DNA of 64,000 nucleotides, from contig NC_086100.1 in assembly GCF_963921235.1 (NCBI RefSeq), positions 199,084,001-199,148,000 on the forward strand, written 5' to 3'. The DNA comes from Mobula hypostoma. Its lineage: Eukaryota. This document shows, piece by piece, positions 48,316-59,140 of this stretch; the stretch's first letter is position 1, and each line of letters begins with the position of its first letter. The notes under the pieces were generated by a model that did no database searches, was not told where the DNA came from, and saw only the letters and a program-made list of their open reading frames with translations. The translations under genes and the position numbers were made by a program.

Positions 48316-49767
48316 GTCATCCTGTCTGTAGAAGGCCAGCACAACAGGAATTGGTGGATGAAGGTGACTGTCGTCTTGTCCAAGGAGATCTGTAAACATG
48401 GATTCCACTGGGTTAGGCTGGCAGCTCCCAGCATATCAAAAACTCATCGCCATTTGCTGAGGCTGGGTTTGAGTATGTTGTACTTGGTCGGACTCATCAG
48501 TGCAGACTTCTTCATTGCAGGCACAAGATACCACCAGCTGGCTGCCCGTAAGTTGCTGAGTTAGTGGTGTGCCGTCCACTCTGGTGTGTGATCTGCCCAT
48601 TGCTCTTTGGTGCACAAAATCCAGAGGATCGGCTGGTTTCAACAGGGTGTCCCTCTCACTGTGAGGAGCATGTTTAGAGTTTGTGTTGACCCGCATGGAC
48701 TGGAAGTCAGCATTGTTCGTGCTGTGTGGTGAAGTCCTTTGGGGAGGGGATGGGGCAAATACTCCATTTGTGGCTTGTGGATTTGCTGTGTGAGTGTGCT
48801 GTTCATTGTCTGTCATGGGTGAACACTTAATTCACAGTGGGGGTGGGGAGTTCTTCTGTTAATCCTGCCGATGTGTTCTGAAGTAACACACACACAATGC
48901 TGGAACTCAGCAAGTCAGGCAGTATCTGTGGAAGGGAATAAATAGTCAAAGTTTCAGCCTGAGAGCCTTCATCAGGATTATGGTCCTTGGTGAGGTGTGT
49001 GATGGGTTTATTCTGGAGATAAAATGACAGCTGAGAATGCTGTCTCAATGTGCCACTGTTAACTCCAGGGGGTATGGGCAGGGGAAAAGAAACCAAGAAG
49101 TGACCTGGGACCACTCTCTACTAGCAATGGGTCGGAATGAAGAAGCCTACAGAGGAGATGCCCAACGGGAAAGGTACTGATACATCATCTGCAGTTGTCA
49201 AAATTTGGATTTCAGTTCCGGTGCTGTCTGTAGGAAATTTTATATATTCTCCCCATGTGTGCGTGGGTTGCATCCGGGTGTTCCGGTTTCCTCCCACAGT
49301 CCATAGATGTACCAGTTAGTAGGTTAATCGGTCATTGTCATAGTCCTGTGATTAGGCTGGAGATAAGTAGCTGGGTTGCTGAGCGATGCAGCTTGTTGGG
49401 CTGGAAGGGCTATTCCTAGCTGTACTTCTAAATCAAGGGTTCTCAACCTTTGTTATGCCATGGACCAATACCAATAAGCAAGGGGTCCATGGGCCCCAGG
49501 TTGGGACCCCCCACCCCACCCCAGCTCTAGGTAAATAGATAGATAGATAAAATGGATGCAGCCTCACCTTGTAACTACGGATCTCTCGTCCAGTAACATC
49601 CTGGTGAGAAGAATAAACTAGTAGAGAAGGCATTGTGTACATGTAAGTTTGGTGGCAGGCACATCCTCGAAGGGCTGAAGGGCCTGTTTCCATGCTATGT
49701 CATTCTGAGTCTGAAAGGTGGGGTTGGTGACTTGGGTACCAGACAAAGTGACGTGTGTCTCTTGCAG

Positions 49768-50737
49768 TGTACGTGGTCAGTGAAGGCTAAGGATTCATCA
49801 CTGGCGTTGGACCCAGGCTGGCCTGCCTGTTCCCTCCCCACCTGCCTGCCCCTCAGCAGCACAAGATCACAAATCCACACCCAGGACTGGGGCCCATTGG
49901 ACAAGCAGTGGAACATGGACAAGCTCCTGGGGACCTTCGGTGCAGGGTCTCCCCCAACTCCCATTGCTGCCATCACTATCTGTTCCCGCAGGAAGACCCC
50001 TTCCTCAAGCCCCTCGCTTTCGGCGTCCCTCCTTATGGCTCCATCTGACCACGAGCAGCCCCCTGCCCACCTCCCTGAAGCCAAGGTCTCGGCCATAGAG
50101 CCAGCTCAGTGCTCGGAGTCAACGGTCGATAATGAGGAGGGTCAATTCCCACAGGAGGACAGGCTCATTGCCAAGCCCATTACAGTGAGACAGGACATAG
50201 CAGAGGCAGCCGAGGGGCTCAAGGATGGTGACTCCATCTCAGCCCCTCTCCGCTCTCCCACCAGGACTGTGATGTCCCACATCAGGGTGACCCTGTCTCC
50301 TAACCGCACCAGGAGCCCCCTTTCTCCCTCAGGCAAGCCGCTTCTCCTGTCAGGAACGCAGCCGTCTCCATCAGCTGAGCACTCCATCCCTGGAACAGCC
50401 AGCCCCAGCCCACCCTATCCACCATTGCCCATGCCCATGCCTGCCATTTGCCCTACCTTCCCATCCTTGCCCGACCACTCCCCAGGAGCCATGTTCCCTG
50501 GCACCGAGCAACCACTGGACCAGGTCAGTCCGGAAATGAGGACTCTCACAGTACAGGGCAGCAGCAAGGTGGACGTGTCCACTCAAACGTCTGGACTGGC
50601 TTTCACCCCCCCAGCACGATCTATGCTCAGCCAGGCGGCAAGCCAGGACGTGGGAGTTTCGAGTGAGGGAACACCATCCATACCGGCTCCGGTGACTGGG
50701 GGAACCACTGATGTCTCTGGCCATGGCTTGACCATAG
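49768..50737 (+). CDS. alms1: ALMS1 exon 9 (PIAAITICSRRK...SPTRTVMSHIRVTLSP...)
   Basis: cttgcag| acceptor and ATAG|gtgagt donor, phase 0-1, inside the 422-aa ORF. Confidence 0.88.
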
Positions 50738-52614
50738 GTGAGTACCCGAGAAAGGTTGGGGGGAGAAAAGTTGGGGGAGAAACATGGACAAAGCATCACA
50801 CAAAATGCTGGATGAACTCTGCAAGTCAGGTTGTAATGAAGTATCTTGGCCCAAAATGTCGACTATTTATTCCCCTCCATAGGTGCTGCCTGGCTGGCTG
50901 AGTTCCTCCAGCATTTTGTGTGCTACTTGGGATTTCCAGCAGCTGCAGAATCTCTCATGTTTATAGCATGGATAGAAGGTTGGCTGACTGGCAGGAGGTA
51001 AAGATTGGGAATAAAGGGAGCCTTTTTCTGCTTGCTGCTGGTGACCAGTGGTGTTCTGCAGGGGTGGTGTTGGGACCGCTTCTTTTCATGTATTATGTCA
51101 GTGATCTGGATGATGGAATTGGTGACTTTGTGGCCAAGCTTGCAGATGATACAAAGATAGGTGGAGGGGCAGGAAGTATCGAGGAAGTCGGGAGTTTGCA
51201 GAAGAACTTATGAGAATTGGGTTGTGTTTGGTTGTGTCCTTTGGTAGATGGAATAAAGATGTGGACTATTCTCTAAAATGGGGAGAAAATTCAGAAGTCA
51301 GAGGTGCAAAGGGACTTGGGAATCCTGGAGCAGGATTTCCTGAAGGTTACTTTACAGGTTGAGTCGGTGGAAGGCTAATATATGTATTGGATTTGGGCTG
51401 GAGGTCATTTCCAATGGGGGTAGATGAAGGCCCCACAGAAGGACGGAGTTTGAGCTGTTGCTCTTGATGCTGACGATAGAAATTCCAAGACATGATTACT
51501 GGTGTGGACTGTGGTTTCCTTCAGTGTTTCAGTTTCCTTTTTTGTTGCTGACTGGCAGGTGGGTGATATGTACTTTATTGGGTGAGGGGTGGGGTTTGGG
51601 GTTTGATGATGTAGCTGCTAAGTCTGGGTGGGTGATCTGTTAGTTTTTGTGTGAGGGACAGCTGGGGGGTTGGGAGTTTGATGTTTTACCTGCCGTGTCT
51701 GGGTCTGGGTGGGTGATCTGTTGGTTTTTGTGTGAGGGAGAGGTTGGGTGGTTTGGGGTTTGAGTTTTGTTTCTTTTTCTTTTTTGTGCAGGAGGGGGTC
51801 CTCACAACCACCATTGCTTTTCTGTATTTTCTGGCTATCTGGAGAAGACAATTCTCAGAGTTGTATTCTGCGTACATACTTTAATAATAAAATGAACCTT
51901 TGGACCTTTGAACCTTTAGAGAGGATGTTTCCTATAGTGTGGGAGTCAAGGAGCATAGGTCACAGTCTCAGAAAATAATGACATCCCTTCAGAACAGAGA
52001 TGAGGCAGAACTTCTTTAGCCAGAAGGTGGCTGAGGAGGACAAATTATTAGTTATATTTAAAGTGGAGTTTGATAGGTTCTTAATTAGCCAGAGGGTCAA
52101 AGTTTACAGGGAGATGGTAGAAGCATGGGGTTGAGAGGGAAAATAAACCAGCCATGATTGTATGGAAGGACGGACTTGATGGGCTGAATGGCCTAACTCT
52201 GCTCCTATGCCGCAATGCCTTAGAAAGGCTCGTGTATACTATCTTGTAGTCTGGTCCGTTCGATGTGCCTGATGTATTTTTGTGGTCCTCAGATTGGTAG
52301 TAATGGGAGGATGGACTGATTTTTCTGTTGGGTTACTGGAACAATGCATCCCTTGTGCAGACATCACAATGTTTGTGGCATCATATGGAAGTGTTCTGCA
52401 TCCTCTGGTGCACATGGGACAATGGGACACTGCTGGTGGCTGGAAAGTGGACAGAGAATAGAAATCTCCAGACCAGCGGTGGGCTGATTGGTGGGTGAGG
52501 GTGAGGCTGGGGGTAGGGAGGTTGGGCGGGGGTTGGGGGTAAGGTTGGTAGACCTTTGTACTTTTTGTACCTTGGTAAGCTTTTGATGCCCATACTGATC
52601 AAAAATGAATGAAC

Positions 52615-53880
52615 CAGAGCCATCAAATGTTCCTCATACGTTAAAGCTCTCTGCTTCTTCTGGACAACAGACCCAACCAGTTCCCCTCACCACCACTCTC
52701 CTCCAAATGGCAGAACTGGTCCTCACCCTTAATAATTCCTCCTTCAGCTCTTCCCACTTCCTTCAAACCAGTGCTATGTGGAACAGTCCATGTTCCAAGC
52801 CTACACCTGTGTCGCTCCCCAACTCTTCCTATGCTACATCGATGACTCCATTGGTGCTGCTTCCTGCAGCATGCTGAACTCGTTGGCTTCATCAACTTTG
52901 CCTCCAGCTTCCGCCTTGTCCCTGAATTTATTTTGTCCATTTCTGACATCTCCCTCCCTCAATCTCTCTGTCTCCATCTGTGGAGACAGTCTATCTACTA
53001 ATATTTTTTATAAACCCATTGATTCTTACAGCTACCTGGACTATCTCTTTTCACCCTGTCATTTGTAAAAATGCTATCCCCTTTTCTCAGTTCTCCTGCC
53101 TCCACCACATCTGCTCTCAGGATGAGGTTTTTCATTCCAGAACTACTGAGATGTCCTTCTCCTTCAAAGAAAACAACTTCCCTTCCTCCACCGTCTACAC
53201 TGCCTTTACCTGAATCACTTGTAATTCGAGCATGTCTGCCCATCCTCTCACCACCCCACCAGGGATAGGGGTCCTCTTGTTCTTGTTTACCATTCCACCT
53301 CTGCGTTCAGCACATAATTCTCTGTAGCTTATGCCATCTCCAACGGAATCCCGCCACCAAGCACATCTTTCCCTCCTCCCCCCCCCCCCAACCTTCTGCT
53401 TTCCACAGGGATCGCTCCATAGCTGACTCCCTTGTTCACTCGTATCTCCCCACTGATCTCCCTCCTGGCACTTACTCTTGCAAGCGGAACAAGTGCTATA
53501 CCTGCCCCTACATTTCCTCCTTCACTACCATTCAGGGCCCTCAACAGTCCTTCCAGGTGAGGCGACACTTCACTTGAGAGTCTGTTGGGGGCATCTACTG
53601 TAACTGGTGTTCCCGGTGTGGCCTCCTGTATATGGGTAAGACCTAGCGTAGATTAGAGGAGGGCTTCACTGAGCCAGAGAATGCGGAATCTCCATGTAGC
53701 CGCCCATTTTACTTCTACTTCCCATTTCCATTCTGCCATGTCAGTCCATGGACTCCTTTACTGTCGCGATGAGGCCACACTCAGACTGGAGGAGCGATAC
53801 CTCATATTCCATCTGGGTAGCCTCCAGTATGATGGCACGAGCATCAATTTCTTGATCTTCCCGTAATGGGCCCCCTCCCT
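52615..53880 (+). pseudogene. Older, frameshifted Penelope-like RT/GIY-YIG copy
   Basis: Homologous to about 41380-42700 (LCYIDDSIGA, VAAHFTSTSHFHSAMSVHGLL) with stops and deletions. Confidence 0.88.
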
Positions 53881-54332
53881 TCATCGTTTCCCATAGCTGT
53901 TTCCCAGATGGGAGTCACAAAAGCCAGTGACATCCCAGGTCAGTGAGTCCAGAGGCAGAGGTTCGAAAGTTGAAACCCCTGGGTCGTCTTGTCCAGAGGA
54001 CAGAGGCCCAGTGTTGCTAGTCTGTGTGTTCGGGCCGGAGACTGAAGGTTGGAGTCCTAATATCTGAGAGTGTGGATCCAAAGACTGGAGACCAAGAGGT
54101 GGTTTGTCCTGGGGTTAAGTGTGTGTGTATGTCTCCCTGTTGCTATCTTGCTTTGTTTTGGTGCCAACACCTGCAGGCTGTTCTATTAACATTGTGGCAG
54201 AAACCTGCAGGCTGCCCCCAGCACACCTTTGGTTGAGTTGGTTGTTAATGCAAATAGTGCATTTCACTGTATGTTTTGATGTACTTGTGATAAATTACTC
54301 AGAATCTGAACAACGTCTTATCTTGCTCACAG

Positions 54333-54458
54333 ATGTTCCCCTGATGTTGCCTTACAAACCCGCAGGCAGCTCCAAGCTGTTCTACGTGCCCAGCTCTGGA
54401 GCAAGGCATAGGATTGGCCTGATGGATTCCAAGAACAGTGGTGAAATCTCCCAAACAG
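54333..54458 (+). CDS. alms1: ALMS1 exon 10 (PLMLPYKPAGSSKLFYVP)
   Basis: ctcacag| acceptor and weak donor CAG|gtcatt, phase 1-1. Resembles human LLPYKPSGSTKMYYVP. Confidence 0.9.
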
Positions 54459-54537
54459 GTCATTCTCAAACTTTTACTATCTCCCTGCAGGTTCTGGCAT
54501 TGTGGGTTTTTGACCTGGGCTCTCTTTTATCCCCTAG

Positions 54538-54681
54538 ATTTAAATAATGTACCTCCCCCAGGCCCCCAGTCCCAAGTACTACCAACATCAGGAAGCCACA
54601 GAGCACTTGGCAAAGGAACAGAGCACTGGAACGGTAGGAAGACTATAGCCTCAAAGGAGACCAGGAGCAAGGAGGAAAGAG
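54538..54681 (+). CDS. alms1: ALMS1 exon 11 (DLNNVPPPGPQSQVLPTS...)
   Basis: atcccctag| acceptor and AGAG|gtgagc donor, phase 1-1. Positional equivalent of human SNDAIAPDFPAQVLG. Confidence 0.75.
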
Positions 54682-55929
54682 GTGAGCATGTGGGAAGGGC
54701 AGGCACCTCAATTTGGACAGATCTGATAATAAACACACGAGATTCTGCAGATGCTGGAAATTCAGAGCGTACACACAAAATGCTGGAGGAACTCGGCAGG
54801 TCAGGCAGAATGTATGGAGAGGAATAACAGTCAATGTTTTGGGCTGAAACCTGCCACTGGGACATAATTTGATCCAGTCCTGAGAATGGCAATGCACTTA
54901 TTTAACTCCCAATAATGGTGCTGGTTTTAAGTTCTTTGATAGTGTTTCAAAGTTCCTAGACAAGGATTTCAGCTGAAGCTCCCCTAAACTAAGCCGTCTT
55001 CTGTATTTATTTATTGTTTTTTAAAATTATTTATCTTATTGTGATTTTTTTTTGTGCTGCATCAGATCTGGAGTCTCAGATATTTCATTCTCCTTTACAC
55101 GTGTGCAGGAAACAACATTAAGTAATCTTGAATGAAGGGTTTTGGCCTGAAACGTCAATCTTTACACTGCCTGACCTGCTGAGTTCCTCCAGCATTTTGT
55201 GTGTGTTACTCTAGATTTTGAACATCTGCAGAAACTCTTGTGTTGATGATTTGAGTTTCTGAGGACTGATTTACTGGGAAGGCTAGAGCAACGAATAGTG
55301 TAATGAAGCTACATCTTTGTTCTATGTTTTTGAAAAGTGAAGTATGTTTTTTTTGAGGTGGGAAGTTGTTCAGGCCCATGGGGTGAGCCAGGAGTGAGGA
55401 TAATTTGGCTCGGATGCACCATGTCTTGCTGATTCCTGTGACCGCAGAGAGGTGCCCCCCAAGGATCAGAATATCAAACACAGTTTGACGATAAGTCTCA
55501 GAGACACCAATACAGCTGAAAGCTTGCTCAAAGGTGCAACTTTTAAAAGAGGACAGAGAAGCTTAGGGAGGGAATTCCAGAGCTTCCTAAACCAGAGTTC
55601 AAGGTCTGTTGGTGGGAGGGGGGGGTGGAGAGCTTGGGCAGGTAGTGACACACGGACCCAGTTGTGGGTGGTTAGGTGGGAGGTGGTCATCGGGAAGGGA
55701 AGAGATATGAACTGAGGTGTGTAACTGGGAGCCTGTGTACAACAGCAGGGTTGTGGGTGAAGAAGGGCAGGAAGGGTGAGGAGAGCAGTGCTTAAGTTCG
55801 GTAAGTGGGGGCAGGGACAGCGATGGGTGGTGGAAATAACGTTGGGGGGGGGCGGTTGAAATGTCAGGAGAAGGGGATTGGAGTGCATCCTTGAACCTCC
55901 ACTTTACACCACTTGTTGTGCCCTCACAG

Positions 55930-56666
55930 ATCCCAGATCTCACCGGAACCTGCACACCCAGCGAGCAGGGGGCTTGGAGAGCTCACCAAGGCATGGGCCA
56001 GAAGATGAGGGTACCCAGTACAGGGCGAGCCGCCACCCTAAGGAGAGGCAGCAAATGGCAGGCAGCCGACACGCCCCACTCCAGCATACCAAACGAGAGG
56101 CCTGGTTTGGACCCTGCCCCCTGGAGGGGCAGTCCGGGTTCTCGTACAAGGAGCGGGCAAAGGCAGCGGTGAAGAGTGCTTGGGAGCAGCCAGTACCTGT
56201 GGATCGGCCCCGGGGCAGCGCTCTGGATGAGCTGTGGGAGCACTTCCAGGAGCGGCAGCAGAGGCACTGGAGCCTGAACTCGAGCACAGCCAGCGAGTTG
56301 TCCCTGCTGCAGAGGCTCGATCGCCTGGCGCAGCTCCTGCGGGATCCCTGTTCTCTGGCTGCTGGCCGCCCACGCTCTCCTAGCATCACTTCGATGGCTG
56401 ACAGTGTCCGATTCCTGCACGACCCCGGCAGCTCATCACCCAGGGTCCCATCCACCGAATCAGCCACCAGCGGCCCATCGGACTCCAGCAGTGCAGCTTC
56501 GACCATCGACACCGCCCGCCTGGTCAGGGCATTCGGGCCCGAGCGTGTGCTGCCACTCAACGGTCTCTACGGCACCATCCAGCGGCAGAGGGAGCGCTCA
56601 GCTCCGCGACGGGAGCGGCCGAGGAAGGGAGAGACTCGATGCCCTGGGGCTCCTGGTACTCGCAAG
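55930..56666 (+). CDS. alms1: ALMS1 exon 12 (LDELWEHFQERQ, ELSLLQRLDRLAQLL, STIDTARLVRAFGPERV)
   Basis: cctcacag| acceptor and AAG|gtgagt donor, phase 1-0. Three motifs match human LNELWNKYRERQ, ELSLVDRLDRLAKIL and STIDTARLIQAFGHERV. Confidence 0.95.
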
Positions 56667-56921
56667 GTGAGTGTATCACCTTCTTCCACACCCCCTCGTG
56701 CTGTGCCCTTCCCATCCCCCTCCCACAGGAAGTATACTAGGCTGTTACTTGTAATTCTATAAAATAGAGGCAGACAATTAATTGTTTAAACAGTCAGATC
56801 TAACACTGGGGATGGGCTCCTGCGGTCACCCGTGCTGTTCTCCATTCCGTGTCCTGTTTCTGATCTCGCTCTCCCTGCGTGCGTGTGATTGTATGGGTGA
56901 TATTCAGTGCTTCCTCTGCAG

Positions 56922-57069
56922 GTCTCCGCCCCGCAGGCTCTTACTGTATCCTCTAGCACTTCTGACTCAGTGGCCGGACGCAGAGGGTCAGCTTGGCTGC
57001 CCCACAGACCCTCTCGCCGGCTCCTCTCCAAGAAGGTTACTCGTCTGGTCGACCAGGGCGTGCAGGCAG
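56922..57069 (+). CDS. alms1: ALMS1 exon 13 (...KKVTRLVDQGVQAG); the gene continues beyond the window
   Basis: ctctgcag| acceptor and GCAG|gttagt donor, phase 0-1. Resembles human LNKGIQAG. Confidence 0.88.
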
Positions 57070-57217
57070 GTTAGTGAGAGGAGGGCGCATCAGCCCCTTT
57101 AGTGCTCTTTTACATCGCTCCTCATAACATTTCCTGATCTGTGCTTTCATTGGATGTCCGTGACCACGACAAACTGTGCTGGACGCAGGTGTGCTGGTGA
57201 AACACACCAAGTTAATA

Positions 57218-58360
57218 GTCATAGAACACTATAGCCCTTGGCCCATGTCCGTGCTGAACTATTAACCTGCCTGGATTTACTGACCGGCACATGGACCGTA
57301 GCTCTCCGTACCCCTCCCAGCCATGCACCTATCCAAACTTCAATGGTGCAATCAAACTGACATCCACCACTTCTGCTGGCATCTCTTTCCACACTCTCAC
57401 TACTCTTTGAGTGAAGAAGTTCTTAAATAATTCACCTGTCACCCTAAACCGATGACTTCTAGTTCTAGTCTCACCTGCTTGCATTTAACCTATCAATATC
57501 TCTCATAATTTTGTATATTTCTATCACTCTCCCCTCATTCTCCTAGACCTGGAATAAAGTCCAAGCCTGTTCAACCTTTCCGTATTACTAAGGAACTCAG
57601 GTCCTGGCAACATCCTCGTAAATTTTTTTTGCACTTTTGTCTTATTGACATCTTTCCTGTAAGTAGCTGTATTTCCTACGGAGCATCGAGAAAGCTCACC
57701 TCTGTCCCAGGATACTGATGGACTTTTACCGCTGTACCATTGAGAGCATACTCACCAACTGCATCTCAGTGTAGTATGGCAATTGTCCTGTATCAGACTG
57801 CAAAGCACTCCCAACGTGTGGTGAAAGCTGCCCAGCGGATTATCGGCACCCAATTGCCCGCCATTGAGAACATCTACCATAAACACTGCCTGAGCAGGGC
57901 GAAAAGCATTATCAACGATGCATCTCACCCTAACCATGGACTTTCTACTCTCCTCCCATGCGGTAGGCGCTACAGGAGCCTCCACTCCTGCACCAGCAGG
58001 CACAGGAAGAGCTTCTTCTCTGAGGCGGTGACCCTGCTGAACCTCACGTCACCTCGCTAAGCAGTATTGCACCCATATTGTACTGTCTCAGTACTTTTAT
58101 ATTTGTGTGCTGTAGCACTTACTTTTTATTCACAGTTATTTTGTAAATAACACTATTCTTTGCATTTCTGGTCAGATGCTAACTGCATTTCATTGGCTTT
58201 ATATCTGTACTCTCTACAATGACAATAAAGTTGAATCTAATCTAAAAACTGCATACAATACTCCAAATTAGGCCTCACCAACATCTTGTACAACTTCAAT
58301 ACAATATCTCAACTCCTGTATTCAGTACTCTGATTTATGAAGGACAATGTGTTAAAAGCC
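57218..58360 (-). mobile_element. CR1 3' fragment with a nested + strand Rex/Babar 3' end (about 57660-58245)
   Basis: CR1 sequence on both flanks. The nested piece encodes IINDASHPNHGLSTLLPCGRRYRSL and has an (AATCT)n tail. Confidence 0.7.
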
Positions 58361-58364
58361 CCCA

Positions 58365-59140
58365 GAATCAGGTTTAATATCACTGGCATATGTTGTGAAA
58401 TTTGTTGCTTCATTGCAATACATAATAAAAAAAGCTATAAACTGCAATAGGAAATGTGTATAAAAATAAATTAAGTTAAGCAAAAATATAGAGGAAGTGT
58501 TCATGGGTTCAAAGTCCATTCAAAAATCTGATGGCAAAGGGGAAGAAAATGTTCTTGAAATGTTGAGTGTCTCTCTTCAGGTTCTTGTATCTCCTCCCTG
58601 ATGGTAGCAATGAGAAGAGGGCATGTCCTGGGTGATGGGGGTCCTTAGAGATGGACGCCGCCTTTTTGAAGGAGTGCCTTTTGAAGGTGTCCTGGATGCT
58701 GGGAGTCTAGTGCCCGTGATGGAGCTAGCTGAGTTTACAACTCTCTGCAGCTTATTTTGATCCTGTGCAGTGGTCCCTCTATAGCAGATGGTGATACGAC
58801 CAGTTAGAATGTTCTCTGTGGTACATCTTTAGAAGTATGTGAGTGTCTCCTCAAACTCCTGATGAAATGTAGCTGCTGTTATGCCCTCTTTGTAATTGCA
58901 TCACTGTGGTGGACCCAGGATAAATCTTCAGCGATGTTGACATCTAGGAACTTGAAGCTGCTCACCCTTTCCACTACTGATCCCTCGATGAGGACTGGTG
59001 TGTATTCCCTTGACTTCCCCTTCCTGAAGTCCACAATCTTCTCCTTGGTCCTACTGATACTGAGTGCAAGGTTGTTGCTGTGACTCTACTCAATCAGCTG
59101 ATCCATCTCACTCCTGTACACCCCCTCACCACTGTCTGAA
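58365..59140 (-). mobile_element. Rex1/Babar-like LINE 3' part
   Basis: Homologous to 17546-18371. Confidence 0.75.

Noticed and set aside
48470..48510. Minus-strand CTGATGAGTCC resembling a hammerhead core
   Set aside because: No GAAA box after stem II and no adequate stem I.
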